Shown here one piece after another: positions 9,294-19,100 of a stretch of 24,000 nucleotides of DNA; within the stretch, counting starts at the first letter, position 1; each line of letters starts with the position of its first letter. A program made the translations under genes and the position numbers. Below the pieces are notes generated by a model that did no database searches, had not been told where the DNA came from, and saw only the letters and a list, made by a program, of their open reading frames with translations. The stretch is from NCBI RefSeq assembly GCF_008386695.1, contig NZ_VUOC01000004.1, positions 598,327 to 622,326 on the forward strand, read 5' to 3'. This DNA comes from Chitinophaga agrisoli. GTDB taxonomy: Bacteria > Bacteroidota > Bacteroidia > Chitinophagales > Chitinophagaceae.

Positions 9294-10637
9294 ATGAAAT
9301 GGGAAAAATTACTATCAGCCAAACGTTGGGGAAATGAGGCCAATTACAGCGAGGATCATAATGAAGCCAGATCAAATTTCACAAGAGATTACGACAGGTT
9401 AATATTCTCCTCCCCTTTCCGGAGATTGCAGAATAAAACGCAAGTTTTCCCACTCCCCGGAAGCATATTCGTTCATAATAGATTGACACATAGCCTGGAA
9501 GTGGCAAGCGTTGGACGATCCTTAGGAAACATCTTTTACAATAAGATAAAAACCAGGGACCCTAAAGTCGATGAGTCAGTTCAATTCATGAGCGAGATAG
9601 GAAATATTGTTGCAGCCGCGTGCCTCGCCCATGACCTGGGAAACCCTGCCTTTGGACACTCTGGAGAAGCAGCGATCTCAAGGTACTTTACGGATGGTGA
9701 TGGCAAAAAATACCAAAATACCTTAACCGATAAACAATGGAATGACCTCACTCATTTTGAAGGAAATGCAAATGCATTCAGAATGCTCACTCATCCATAT
9801 ATCGGAAAAGGGTATGGGGCATTCTGCTTAACCTATTCTACGCTCGCATCAATCGTTAAATATCCATGTTCATCAATTGCGGGTCACGACAAAACAAAAA
9901 TAAACAGAAAAAAATACGGCTTCTTTCAGTCCGAAGAAAAGTCGTTCGAAAAGATAGCGGCAGAACTGGGCTTAACAAGAACACAGGAAATCCCCTTGAT
10001 TTACAAGCGCCACCCACTGGTATATCTGGTAGAAGCAGCGGATGACATTTGTTACACAATAATTGATCTGGAGGACGCCCATCGATTAAAAATATTGACA
10101 TATCCTCAGGTCGAAGAGTTATTGTTTCCTCTATGCGAGGATGACAAATTAAGGAACAGACTAGATAACATCGAAGACCTTGACGCAAAGGTCAGCCTTT
10201 TAAGAGCAAAGGCCATTAACTCCCTTGTTTTGGATTGTTCCGAAAAATTCTTTGATAATCAAAATGTAATACTTCAAAGCGAATACAATAAATCACTAAC
10301 TGAAGATTTAAAACCAACATTACAGCCAATATGGGATAATATATGCAAAATATCGAGGGAAAAGATCTACAACTATTCCTCTGTTGTACAAATTGAAGTA
10401 GCCGGCTACAAGGTTATCGGCGGGCTGTTAGAGGAGTTTATACCCGCTCTGATTAACAACAATACTCATTATTATGAAAAGCTCGTCAAGTTAATACCGC
10501 CTCAATTTAAAAGTAAAACTCCCGATACTTATTCGAATATCCAAAGTGTTCTGGATTTTATATCCGGGATGACAGATCTATATGCCGTCGAACTATTTAG
10601 AAAAATAAAGGGTATTTCATTCCCTACTATTGACTAA
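9294..10637 (+). CDS. dgt: dGTPase-family dNTP triphosphohydrolase (HD domain)
   Basis: 447-aa ORF with the family-typical N-terminus: RSNFTRDYDRLIFSSPFRRLQNKTQVFPL, then HNRLTHSLEVASVGRSLG. The HD motif is AHDLGNPAFGHSGE (H113-D114 at nt 9630-9635). A C-terminal DLYAVELFR-type helix is present. Confidence 0.9.
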   Translation: MKWEKLLSAKRWGNEANYSEDHNEARSNFTRDYDRLIFSSPFRRLQNKTQVFPLPGSIFVHNRLTHSLEVASVGRSLGNIFYNKIKTRDPKVDESVQFMSEIGNIVAAACLAHDLGNPAFGHSGEAAISRYFTDGDGKKYQNTLTDKQWNDLTHFEGNANAFRMLTHPYIGKGYGAFCLTYSTLASIVKYPCSSIAGHDKTKINRKKYGFFQSEEKSFEKIAAELGLTRTQEIPLIYKRHPLVYLVEAADDICYTIIDLEDAHRLKILTYPQVEELLFPLCEDDKLRNRLDNIEDLDAKVSLLRAKAINSLVLDCSEKFFDNQNVILQSEYNKSLTEDLKPTLQPIWDNICKISREKIYNYSSVVQIEVAGYKVIGGLLEEFIPALINNNTHYYEKLVKLIPPQFKSKTPDTYSNIQSVLDFISGMTDLYAVELFRKIKGISFPTID

Positions 10638-10654
10638 TTACTCAAACGAAAAGC

Positions 10655-12634
10655 ATGCCTAACGATCCCAGACACCTAACAAAAAGCCGTTTCAAGCTGG
10701 CCCTCGAATGCCCGGCCAAACTTTATTACACAAACAAGCAAGAATATGTAAATAAAAAGCTAAATGATACTTTTCTTCAGGCCTTAGCCGAAGGAGGTTT
10801 TCAAGTAGGGGAACTGGCCAAACTATACTATCCAAACGGGCAAAACGCTGAGGCCCCTGATCACGAAGAGTGCCTCAGGATCACAAATGAGTTATTACAA
10901 CAGGAGAATATAGTAATTTTTGAGGCTGCTTTCCGATTTGAAAATCTTTATATCAGGGCCGATATCGTAATAAAAGAAGGTAATACTCTGCACTTAATTG
11001 AAGTTAAATCCAAATCCTATGATCCCGATACCGATAGCATCACGACATCGAAAGGTTCGATCAGCTCCAAATGGAAGTCTTATATTTATGATATAGCTTT
11101 CCAAAAGTATGTAGCTACCAAATCGTTCCCCCAATTTAATGTGACCGCTTTTCTTTGCCTGGTTGACAAAAGTAAAAATGCTTCCATCGATGGCCTAAAC
11201 CAAATGTTCTTACTATCAAAAAGTGATGGAAGAACCCGGGTAATCGTGCGCAAAACAGAAAACGCTGCCGATTTAGGACAAAAGATATTGATTGAATTAA
11301 ATGTGGACGATATCGTCAATAGCATATTAACGTCTAAAATATTACCGGATAACTTCTACGATAGTTTCGATAACAGAATTGCCTCCTACTCTAAACATTA
11401 TTTCAACGATACAAAGATGGACGCAGCAATTACGGGTCAATGCAAAACTTGCGAGTTCAGCGCCACTTCAAATGATATAGCGTCAGGGCATAAATCAGGC
11501 TTACACGAATGTTTAACAACGATTGCTAAATTTCAAGAAGCTGATTTTGAAAGGCCTCTGTTATGGGATATCTGGTATTTTCGCAAGACAAATGAATTCA
11601 TCCAATCCGGAAGATATTTTATGGATCAAATATCAGCGCAGGATCTGGAAAGCAGATCCACAAAAAAACAGGTTCCAGCCGGGCTATCAAGAGTAGACAG
11701 ACAGGCTCTGCAGCTCGAAAAGGCTGTCTCAGGTGATCACCAACAATTCATCGATACCAACGGGTTGAGGACCGAAATGGATAAATGGACTTTCCCACTT
11801 CATTTTATTGACTTTGAAACCACCGCCGTTGCAATTCCCTTCAATTCCGGACGCAGACCTTATGAGCCAATAGCCTTTCAATTCTCACATCACCAGGTAA
11901 ATAAAGATGGAACTATTGAACATGCCGGAGAATGGATAAATACCCAAGCTGGTATCTTTCCTAATTTCGAGTTCATTAGAAATTTAAAATCCCAGTTAGA
12001 GAAAGACGAAGGTACCATTTTGAGATATGGGCCTTATGAGAATTCAATACTAAACTCAATTTATACCCAACTACAAAATTCGACTGAAAAGGATAAGGAC
12101 ATATTAATGGAATGGATTAAAACCGTTACTCAATCTAAAGCGGACAGCGCAGAAAGTTGGCAAGGTAACAGGAATATGGTTGATCTGCTGGATCTGGTAA
12201 AGAGATATTACTACCATCCCTCCACCAAAGGCTCAAATTCCTTAAAAGATATATTACCTGCCGTATTAAATGAAAGTAATTATCTAAAGGAAAAGTACGC
12301 TCAACCGATATATGGACAAACAATCGGGAGTCTGAACTACAAAAAACATTCATGGATCAAGCTAGATGAAGAAGGCCAGGTTATCAATCCGTATGCCCTA
12401 CTTCCAAGGATAATTGACGGCTATAACAACGATACCCTGGACACAATCGCGGTTGATGACGAGGGAGAAATTTCTGACGGCGGCGCCGCAATGATCGCAT
12501 ATGCGAAAATGCAGTTTACAGAAATGACTGATAAAGAGAGAGAAATGATCTCTAAAGCGCTGTTGAGATACTGCGAACTGGATACGTTTGCCATGGTGAT
12601 GATCTGGGAGGCCTGGACTCATTGGTGTAAATAA
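10655..12634 (+). CDS. DUF2779-type protein: N-terminal PD-(D/E)XK (Cas4/RecB-like) nuclease + C-terminal DnaQ/RNase H-like exonuclease
   Basis: 659-aa ORF starting 17 nt after the dgt stop. The N-terminus LTKSRFKLALECPAKLYY is typical of DUF2779. The PD-(D/E)XK core is RADIVIK...LHLIEVKSKS (D103, E116, K118). A Cys set (C in LECP, then QCKTC ... HEC) resembles a Cas4/AddB-type cluster. The Exo-I-like motif is HFIDFETTAVAIP (D386 at nt 11810-11812), and the terminal motif is YCELDTFAMVMIWE. Confidence 0.8.
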   Translation: MPNDPRHLTKSRFKLALECPAKLYYTNKQEYVNKKLNDTFLQALAEGGFQVGELAKLYYPNGQNAEAPDHEECLRITNELLQQENIVIFEAAFRFENLYIRADIVIKEGNTLHLIEVKSKSYDPDTDSITTSKGSISSKWKSYIYDIAFQKYVATKSFPQFNVTAFLCLVDKSKNASIDGLNQMFLLSKSDGRTRVIVRKTENAADLGQKILIELNVDDIVNSILTSKILPDNFYDSFDNRIASYSKHYFNDTKMDAAITGQCKTCEFSATSNDIASGHKSGLHECLTTIAKFQEADFERPLLWDIWYFRKTNEFIQSGRYFMDQISAQDLESRSTKKQVPAGLSRVDRQALQLEKAVSGDHQQFIDTNGLRTEMDKWTFPLHFIDFETTAVAIPFNSGRRPYEPIAFQFSHHQVNKDGTIEHAGEWINTQAGIFPNFEFIRNLKSQLEKDEGTILRYGPYENSILNSIYTQLQNSTEKDKDILMEWIKTVTQSKADSAESWQGNRNMVDLLDLVKRYYYHPSTKGSNSLKDILPAVLNESNYLKEKYAQPIYGQTIGSLNYKKHSWIKLDEEGQVINPYALLPRIIDGYNNDTLDTIAVDDEGEISDGGAAMIAYAKMQFTEMTDKEREMISKALLRYCELDTFAMVMIWEAWTHWCK

Positions 12635-12736
12635 TTATACGACTCCAATCATTTGTATTATCTGAGCTATCATATTATCTTAATAAAAACAGATTAAGGG
12701 AAAACTACCTATCTCAATCTAATCCTCTATTTAAAT

Positions 12737-15598
12737 CTACTGAGATTCTAAAACATTCGCTCTTTCCCACAATTCTTCGGCGGATACCGCTGGATCAAGG
12801 CCAACATGCTTCATCCATATGGCTAACCATTGAAACATTCGATTCGGACTTTCCAGTCCGTTCTCACCAGTTAACCGTAAACTGCACAACAGGATCGCCT
12901 CCATCATTTTTGACAAATTATCGGAGGACTCTTTCCAATCCTCCACAATTCCAAGAATGGTGCAAAAATTTAACGTCAGGCGAAGATCATTAAATTCTAA
13001 TTTTCTGTGGCCCAACTCATTTATCAAAAGCCAAGCCCATTCTGAAATGGTTCGACCATATGGCGTCAGGCATATTACCTTCATGATATAGAATAATTTT
13101 ACAATAACCCGTCCAGGATCATCCCTAACACACCCTGGGTTGCTCTGTGTTGCAGAAAATCGCACGATGTATTCCAAGATCGAATGTCGAAGATCTACCA
13201 GCGCGTACGCAAACGCCGTTTCATCCAAAGATGGATGGACGGCTATTTCAGGATACTTTTCAATATACATTCCCAAAGTCCAAATAGTACGGCCGATATA
13301 CTCTCCGTGTCCAATATCTTTAAAGCCCTCAATCGTCCTGAAAAAATATGGAAAGCTTTCCAACTCATGGCCAATCTTATAAAGACATCTGGCGTAACAA
13401 TGCAGATTAGCCAATAGATCATCCTTGTAAAAATGTTCCTCCATAAAAGGGAGTATCGCATCAAACAGGACAATAGCTTTCTGAGGCTCCTTCAGTTGGT
13501 AATAAGCCATAGCCATTTCGGCCTTTATATAGTTCGCCTCATGATCATGCATCTCCGAGTCATTATTATTTTTATCTATCTCCACAAGACGTAGGGCTTC
13601 CTCATACAAGACAATGGCGGCTTTGTGATTACCTTTATTACGCTCAAGATTCGCGCGGGCCTTAGTGGCCATTATCCGGATTGAAAGGATCTGCGTGCTT
13701 TGCGCGAGCTCATCTAACTCATCTATAGTCTTCTCCTGTCCTTCAATATCAAACTGTCTTGATTGCATCGACGTCAATCCCAAATAATTATTAGCGGCTC
13801 CTTCAAACTCGCCTAGCTCCAAACTGGCCTGAATCCCCGCCCTATTTAGTATTACTCCATATTCAAAAAATCCTCTTAAAAAACAATATCTCCCTAACAA
13901 ATCATTTATAAGCTGGATGATAACAAGATATTTATTACGCTGCTCCTGGTCCTGATCTGCTCTGGAAACAATGATCTCTTCGCGTGCTATCCGAAACCCT
14001 TCTAAAAGATTAAGCAGCTCTTCATCAATCCATCTAAATATCAAAGCTAGATTTCCGTTATTGCCACCACCGGAAAAGCGCTCACTCACAAACCAACACT
14101 GCCATACTATCTGATTAATGGCTGCATTTCTTAACTGAACAAAACCTGTCGTTTCCAACATTTTTTCTTTTAAAAAAGGTCGAACAGGGTTAGCGACAAA
14201 TATTCTATCCTCTTTAACTTCCACAAAGAAAAATTGCATGAGAACAGCAACGGCAGTAGAAAAATCCGGCACCTGAGTATGAAGCGTTACTAACTTTAGG
14301 TTCAACCCACCAATAAATACTTGCAAATATTGCAAAGTCTCCTTCTGTTCTTCCGTCAATATATCATAAACGGTCGATAGACAGAGATCAAGCGCATTAG
14401 ATTTATCATGCTTATTCAACATAGGTCGTTTGAGCGCCCCTGTCTTTTTCAGTTGCGCTACAACTTCCGGCTCAGATTTATAGAAAATTAACAGTGAAGC
14501 CACAAGCTTCAACGACAGCGGATGTCCACTGCAAAAATCGAGCAACCACCTTGGGTTCCCCCCAATTATCCCCGCATGTCCCACCATCAACGTCTCTAAT
14601 AGTTGAAGGCTTTTTTGCACATCCAGGCCATCCACCGCAACTATTGTTTTGGGATAATCTATAAGTGACAGATCAATCTGGGAAGTCGCTATTATCTTTG
14701 GCGCCTGGGTTTGAGCAAGAAGTGTCCGGATAAATTCTTCTGTCTCGCTCCGTTGATGGATCAACAGTTTCTCCAAACTATCAAATACAAGGACTATCTG
14801 TAGCTTATCAAGGATTTCAAACAGCGAACTGCCAATATGTTCGCCCGTCAAACGAGATAATTGATTAATTAATACAATATTCAGATCATTAACATTGTTC
14901 ACTGTTTCAACATCAATCCATAAGACGTGGCAATCAGCAGGTATACTTTTCAACGCATTTAGCAACAACTCTGTTTTGCCGATGCCGCCCAAGCCCTCAA
15001 TTACTATGAACCGTTTCAGCGAAATCGCCCCGATCAATTCCGCTAGCTTTTCCTCCCTTCCTATAAATACCGGATGTGGGTTAGGGGCTTTAAACATTGT
15101 TCCAGCGTCCAGATCCCGCCTTAGTTGATCGCGCAGTCTTTCTATTAGCCTATCTTTTGTTTCTCGTAGTAACTGCCTTGAAATAACAGCATTATCGGCC
15201 TTAGTATGTTCTTCCTTTGCAACACGCACCAGATTATGATGATGGTGACTCAGCGACTCTGCATATCCTACGATGTGAGCGTTTTCTAAGGGATAGCCCT
15301 TTCCTGTGATTGGGCATTTACCTTGTATTTCTGTTTTCAGATAATCCTCAATATACCTAGGAATAGCTGGCCGCATCTGATCCGGGGCCGACCAGGGTTC
15401 CTTAAGGTACCCGTCAAATTCCAGGAGTTCCTTCTCTACAAAATAATTTTTACCTGCTATTACTTTGGACGCCAATTTCCTGGTATGCCCCAGGTTCAAC
15501 TTAGGAGCATTTCTCACATAGGCATATAATAACTCTTTTGTAATCCCCAAAAAAAGGGCGGCTTCTGTGTCATTTAATAACTTCTCTATAGCTTCCAT
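12737..15598 (-). CDS. STAND NTPase (NB-ARC-type P-loop) with N-terminal HTH and HNH-like nuclease module and C-terminal TPR/helical repeats; Avs-like antiphage candidate
   Basis: 953-aa ORF. Residues ~10-30 form an excisionase/MerR-like HTH (TEAALFLGITKELLYAYV). The Walker A motif is IVIEGLGGIGKTELL (G202-T209, nt 14972-14995). The Walker B motif is IVLVFDSLE. TPR-like repeats lie in the C-terminal half (e.g. HKAAIVLYEEALRL, AMAYYQLKEPQKAIVLFDAILP, LHCYARCLYKIGHELESFPYFFRTIEGF). Confidence 0.85.
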   Translation of the reverse strand: MEAIEKLLNDTEAALFLGITKELLYAYVRNAPKLNLGHTRKLASKVIAGKNYFVEKELLEFDGYLKEPWSAPDQMRPAIPRYIEDYLKTEIQGKCPITGKGYPLENAHIVGYAESLSHHHHNLVRVAKEEHTKADNAVISRQLLRETKDRLIERLRDQLRRDLDAGTMFKAPNPHPVFIGREEKLAELIGAISLKRFIVIEGLGGIGKTELLLNALKSIPADCHVLWIDVETVNNVNDLNIVLINQLSRLTGEHIGSSLFEILDKLQIVLVFDSLEKLLIHQRSETEEFIRTLLAQTQAPKIIATSQIDLSLIDYPKTIVAVDGLDVQKSLQLLETLMVGHAGIIGGNPRWLLDFCSGHPLSLKLVASLLIFYKSEPEVVAQLKKTGALKRPMLNKHDKSNALDLCLSTVYDILTEEQKETLQYLQVFIGGLNLKLVTLHTQVPDFSTAVAVLMQFFFVEVKEDRIFVANPVRPFLKEKMLETTGFVQLRNAAINQIVWQCWFVSERFSGGGNNGNLALIFRWIDEELLNLLEGFRIAREEIIVSRADQDQEQRNKYLVIIQLINDLLGRYCFLRGFFEYGVILNRAGIQASLELGEFEGAANNYLGLTSMQSRQFDIEGQEKTIDELDELAQSTQILSIRIMATKARANLERNKGNHKAAIVLYEEALRLVEIDKNNNDSEMHDHEANYIKAEMAMAYYQLKEPQKAIVLFDAILPFMEEHFYKDDLLANLHCYARCLYKIGHELESFPYFFRTIEGFKDIGHGEYIGRTIWTLGMYIEKYPEIAVHPSLDETAFAYALVDLRHSILEYIVRFSATQSNPGCVRDDPGRVIVKLFYIMKVICLTPYGRTISEWAWLLINELGHRKLEFNDLRLTLNFCTILGIVEDWKESSDNLSKMMEAILLCSLRLTGENGLESPNRMFQWLAIWMKHVGLDPAVSAEELWERANVLESQ
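15191..15322 (-). other. HNH-like nuclease motif region inside the STAND protein (residues ~93-136)
   Basis: The sequence is GKCPITGKGYPLENAHIVGYAESLSHHHHNLVRVAKEEHTKADN. H108, N122 and H131 have HNH-like spacing (14 and 9 residues). Only one Cys is present, so the usual CxxC zinc ligands are missing. A run of four His (H118-H121) precedes N122. Confidence 0.5.
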
Positions 15599-15645
15599 AG
15601 CTTAAAAATTATACCCCCAAAATAATCGTCATTTTCCCGTATGCT

Positions 15646-15653
15646 CAAAGTTA
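15646..15653 (-). promoter_or_regulatory. candidate Bacteroidota -7 promoter element (TAnnTTTG) for the STAND gene
   Basis: The plus strand reads CAAAGTTA, which is TAACTTTG on the minus strand. It lies 48-55 nt upstream of the ATG at 15598. I found no convincing -33 TTG, and this is a single short motif. Confidence 0.3.
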
Positions 15654-16131
15654 GTAGACATAGGTGTCTGTTGGTCATATATAAAATTTTTACCTGACTA
15701 TATATACGATTGAGTATCCAATACGGATTCACGGGCAGCAAAATACCTCCGTCTGAACTTTAATAAGCTTCCCCAACCTCACCGCGTTAACAACTAATTC
15801 ACATTTAAGTCCCCCAAATAATTGTATCCTTGCTGCCGCGTCTTGTTCCACACTTTTCAGGAGTACAGTGATAGTTAAAGAGAATAAGGAACTGACCACG
15901 TAAACCAATCGCTCATATTATGTTCACGTTACGCTTCGAACTCAAAAAACCTCGCCGCAGATCTACTTCGGAACTCTTTACACAAAGAATTTAATACGAT
16001 TTTATCTCCAGGCAAGCGAATGTAAACTTCCCGTTATGTGAATCTCATGTGAAAACAGGGTTTTCAGCGATCATTATTACTATATAGGAACCACGTATAA
16101 AACTAACCAAAACAATCAACAACACCGCGTT

Positions 16132-19100
16132 ATGGCAAGGATCATAAAGCCCCCCTATTTTGAATCGGTTGTAAATGCCGGAGAAAAGCGCCTGCTTGAT
16201 TACCTGGAGGTAAACCTCCCGGACAGCTTTTACCTGGTGCCTAATGTGGAGATCGCCTCCACCAATCCCCGTAACAACCGTATTCAGTATTGGGAGTATG
16301 ACCTGTTGGTCGTTAGCCCGCATGCCATTTATAATATAGAGAATAAGGACTGGAAAGGCCGTATAGAGGGAGATGACAACTATTGGTATATAAATGACCG
16401 CCAGCGCCAAAACCCGTTGAAGACCGGGAGGCAAAAAACAGCCGTCTTAACCACCCGGCTCAGAGAGCAGGATTCCTCCTGGGGGAGGGCATGGATCCAA
16501 AACATGGTCACGCTGTCTTATCCAAACACGTTTACCCCGTCCTTATGGCAGGAAGCCGGCCGGCTCAGTTTCCAGCTCAATGAGCAGCTGATCAGCTTTC
16601 TGACAGACCCCGCAAATGTGGGTAAAACAGAAAATGATATTGCAGACATTTACAGGGATATTGTAAAATACCTGGATGGTAGCCTCAGCAAAAAAGCGCC
16701 GGATGCAAAACGGGAGGTAGCAGGGTATGAAATAATAGAAATATTGCAGCAGGAGCCCAACTTCACGGAATACCTGGTAAAACCCAAAGGCGTGATCTCC
16801 TCTATTCAAAAAAGAGTAAAAGAATACTCTTTACAGGTAGCGGGCCTCTCACAACAAGCGCTCCTCCGGCGGGAAGAAGTTATAAAGAACCAGTATAAGG
16901 CCCTGCACAAGATCAAGGCAAAACCTTTTATCCTTAATGTGGAGTTTAAAATAGATGAAGAGAACCACCTGTTTTACGAAATATCTGATTTCCTGGATGA
17001 GAATTCCCTAAGGGCGGAGGCCAGGTCTAAAACATTCACCTTCCAGGAAAAGATCGGCATTCTCCGTAATATAATGGCCGCCCTGAAGGAAGCCCATAAG
17101 GAAAACATCTTCCACCGGGATATTAACCCGGATAATATCTATGTGATCAGCGGTTATGCCTATCTGGGGAATTTTGGAAAGTCTTACTTTACGGATCATA
17201 ACCACCAGGGGTATACGGTAATGGCCACCATCAACGAATCTAATGCCACCCCCTATCATCCATTGGAGTTAACGGTTGGGAATGCATCCCGCGCCTCTGA
17301 TATCTATTCGCTGGGGGTGCTCGCCTATTGGCTTTTTGTGGGCGAAGAACCATTCAATACCCCTTATGATCTTGACAGGATGGGTGGAAAGCTGTCTATA
17401 GATAAACTACCCTCTTCCCTTAACAAGGCTTTGCCCAAATGGCTGGATGAGCTGTGCAACCAAACCATTCTCACGGATGACCTGAAGCGGATTGAAAGCA
17501 TTGAAGCAGCAGAAATGCTGATCGAAGAATCTTTAAAAGAGAATGATAGCCTCGCTCCTACCCCACCAAATCCCCCCATCATTCAAACGTCTTCCATAGG
17601 CGCCTATGATCTGAAGGTGGGCGATAAGATAGGGGATTATGTTATTCATCAGATCTTAGGTAATGGCGGGTACTCAAGGGTCTTTAAAGTGAAACACCAG
17701 TTACAGGGGAAATATTATGCGTTAAAACTCTTTCATGAAAGTGTGAACGCAAGTTCCGTTATTGATGAATATAATGCCCTGGTAGGGTTAAGTCATCATA
17801 ATATAGTCCGGTTTGTATGGAATGGCGAAACGCCCAACGGACAATTTTATACATTGATGGAGTTCCTGGAAGGGGAAAACCTGAGTACCTACTCAAAAAC
17901 GGACGCCAGGCTGCCCATTTACAGGGTATATCAGCTGGCCAGGGATATCCTCAGCGCGCTCACCACCATGCAGCGCCTTGCCAAGCCCATCCTGCACCGG
18001 GATATAAAACCCCAGAACATTATCTGGGACAGTGAAAAACGCTTTGTGCTGATAGACTTTAATGTGGCGTCTTTTGTTGATGATAACCGGGACTTTGTAG
18101 GCACCAACCCCTACCTGGCGCCAGATCTTATTACCGATGGCTATAAAGTGAACTGGGATAAGTCCGCAGATACTTTTGCCCTGGGCATTACGCTCTATGA
18201 GCTGGTGTGCAAACAATACCCCTGGGCGCCCAAGAAAATGCCGGCCATGAGCATTGCCCCCATCCATCCCCGGGAATGGGAGCCCCGCCTGTCCACCGCT
18301 TTTGCCGCATTCCTGAACAAAGCGGTGAACCCAAGATCGGCGGAGCGGTTTCCCAACGCCCAGGAGATGCTGAACGCCCTGCTGGCCATTGGGGAAGATG
18401 ATATCATGCAGGAGCCCGGCATACCCGTGCCTTCCATAAAGACCCGGGATAATGAGGGGAATTTCATTAAATATCTTAACTCCCTGTTTAGCCAGTCCAA
18501 AGCGGGGAACTTTGGCACCCGGGCGAGCGAAAACATCAGCGGATTTGATAAGCTTACCTACACCGCGTCAAAACTGGATAAGAAGCTGCTGCCGGATATA
18601 CTCGCCGGCAAATACAAGCTGGTGATCATTACCGGCAACGCCGGAGACGGTAAAACGGCTTTTATTAAACGGATAGAACACGATCATTCCATAAAAGACC
18701 TCCGCCTGCACCACCATAAAAACGGCGCACAGTTTAAGATAGGCGGGGTGCCGTTTGAAAGCAATTATGACGGATCGCAGGACGAGCTGCAACAGGCCAA
18801 TAACGAGGTGCTGGAACGTTTCTTCAGCCCGTTTTCAGATCTGTCAGATTATAATAATGCCGCTGAAGGCAGGATCATCGCCATCAATGAAGGGCGCCTG
18901 GTAGAGTTCCTGAAAACCACCAATAAACATAGGTTCCTGCATGATACCATAGAAAACTATTTTTATAACGAAGGGCATCATGAGCTGCCGCCCGGTTTGA
19001 TGATCATTAACCTTAACCTGCGGTCCGTAGCCGCCCAGGACAGCCAGGAGCCCAGCCTGTTAAGAAGCCAGATCAAAGCGCTCACCAATAAAGAGCGCTG

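Noticed and set aside
9856-10188. 110-aa minus-strand ORF inside dgt
   Set aside because: It is antisense to a confidently identified HD-domain CDS.
12679-12698. Weak hairpin CTTAAT-N8-ATTAAG between the convergent DUF2779 and STAND genes
   Set aside because: It is a 6-bp all-A/T stem with an 8-nt loop and no flanking T/A tracts, too weak to call a terminator.
16045-16434. 129-aa minus-strand ORF spanning the start of the NERD/kinase gene
   Set aside because: It is antisense to a strongly supported CDS with clear NERD motifs, its product is low-complexity and hydrophobic, and it has no recognisable family signature.
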